From a virus: a stretch of DNA of 64,000 nucleotides. Below the pieces are notes generated by a model. That model was given only the letters and a program-made list of their open reading frames with translations. It was not told the origin of the DNA and did not search any database. A program made the translations under genes and the position numbers. Below, piece after piece: positions 63,933 to 64,000 of this stretch; within the stretch, counting starts at the first letter, position 1, and each line of letters begins with the position of its first letter. The stretch lies in IMG/VR virus record IMGVR_UViG_3300027749_000042. One strand, 5' to 3'.

Positions 63933-64000
63933 TTCTCGATAGCTCAGTTGGTAGAGCGTCTGACTGTTAATCAGAATGTCCCTGGTTCGAGCCCAGGTCG
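63933..64000 (+). tRNA. tRNA-Asn(GTT), 3' end truncated by window
   Basis: TAGCTCAGTTGGTAGAGC D arm, TCTGA-CT-GTT-AA-TCAGA arm, GGTTCGAGCCC. Confidence 0.9.

Noticed and set aside
1-64000. Alternative genetic code or suppressor tRNA
   Set aside because: Core genes are full length in the standard code with TAA, TGA and TAG all used as stops; no CTA/TCA/TTA anticodon among the tRNAs seen.

Overview
64 kb segment of a large T4-like myovirus genome; all confidently called genes are on the + strand and the standard genetic code is used. In order it holds: the end of a Gly-rich tail-fibre-like gene; the head module (gp67-like, gp21, gp22, gp23, gp3); uvsY/uvsW/gp55/gp47/gp46; peptide deformylase; a C5 DNA methyltransferase coupled to a CmoA-like gene; a GC-richer early island with a VWA + MoxR-like pair; ribosomal protein bS21; the replisome (gp45/44/62, regA, gp43, uvsX, gp41, gp61); hsp20; lysis genes; a late cluster of probable capsid-packaged proteins; class II RNR; a lipid/glycan-modification cluster; a second early island; and the start of a tRNA array. 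Eight tRNAs are present in the window, one truncated. Several host-like genes (Omp25/31-type porin, DUF1127, PlcP-like hydrolase, ROSE-like leader) suggest an alphaproteobacterial host. The best candidates for new biology are: (1) an ArfA-like ribosome-rescue ORF whose 40 codons run in frame, with no stop, into nucleotide +1 of tRNA-Arg(UCU), so RNase P would create a non-stop mRNA; (2) a Cx-SAM synthase plus a C5-MTase with Arg at the motif X Asn (probable carboxymethylcytosine); (3) HAD phosphatase and ligase-like enzymes carrying T4-type capsid-targeting sequences; (4) a ~400-nt structured ncRNA block in the tRNA operon; (5) a repeated antisense promoter cassette. All calls come from motif recognition by eye; no database searches were run.
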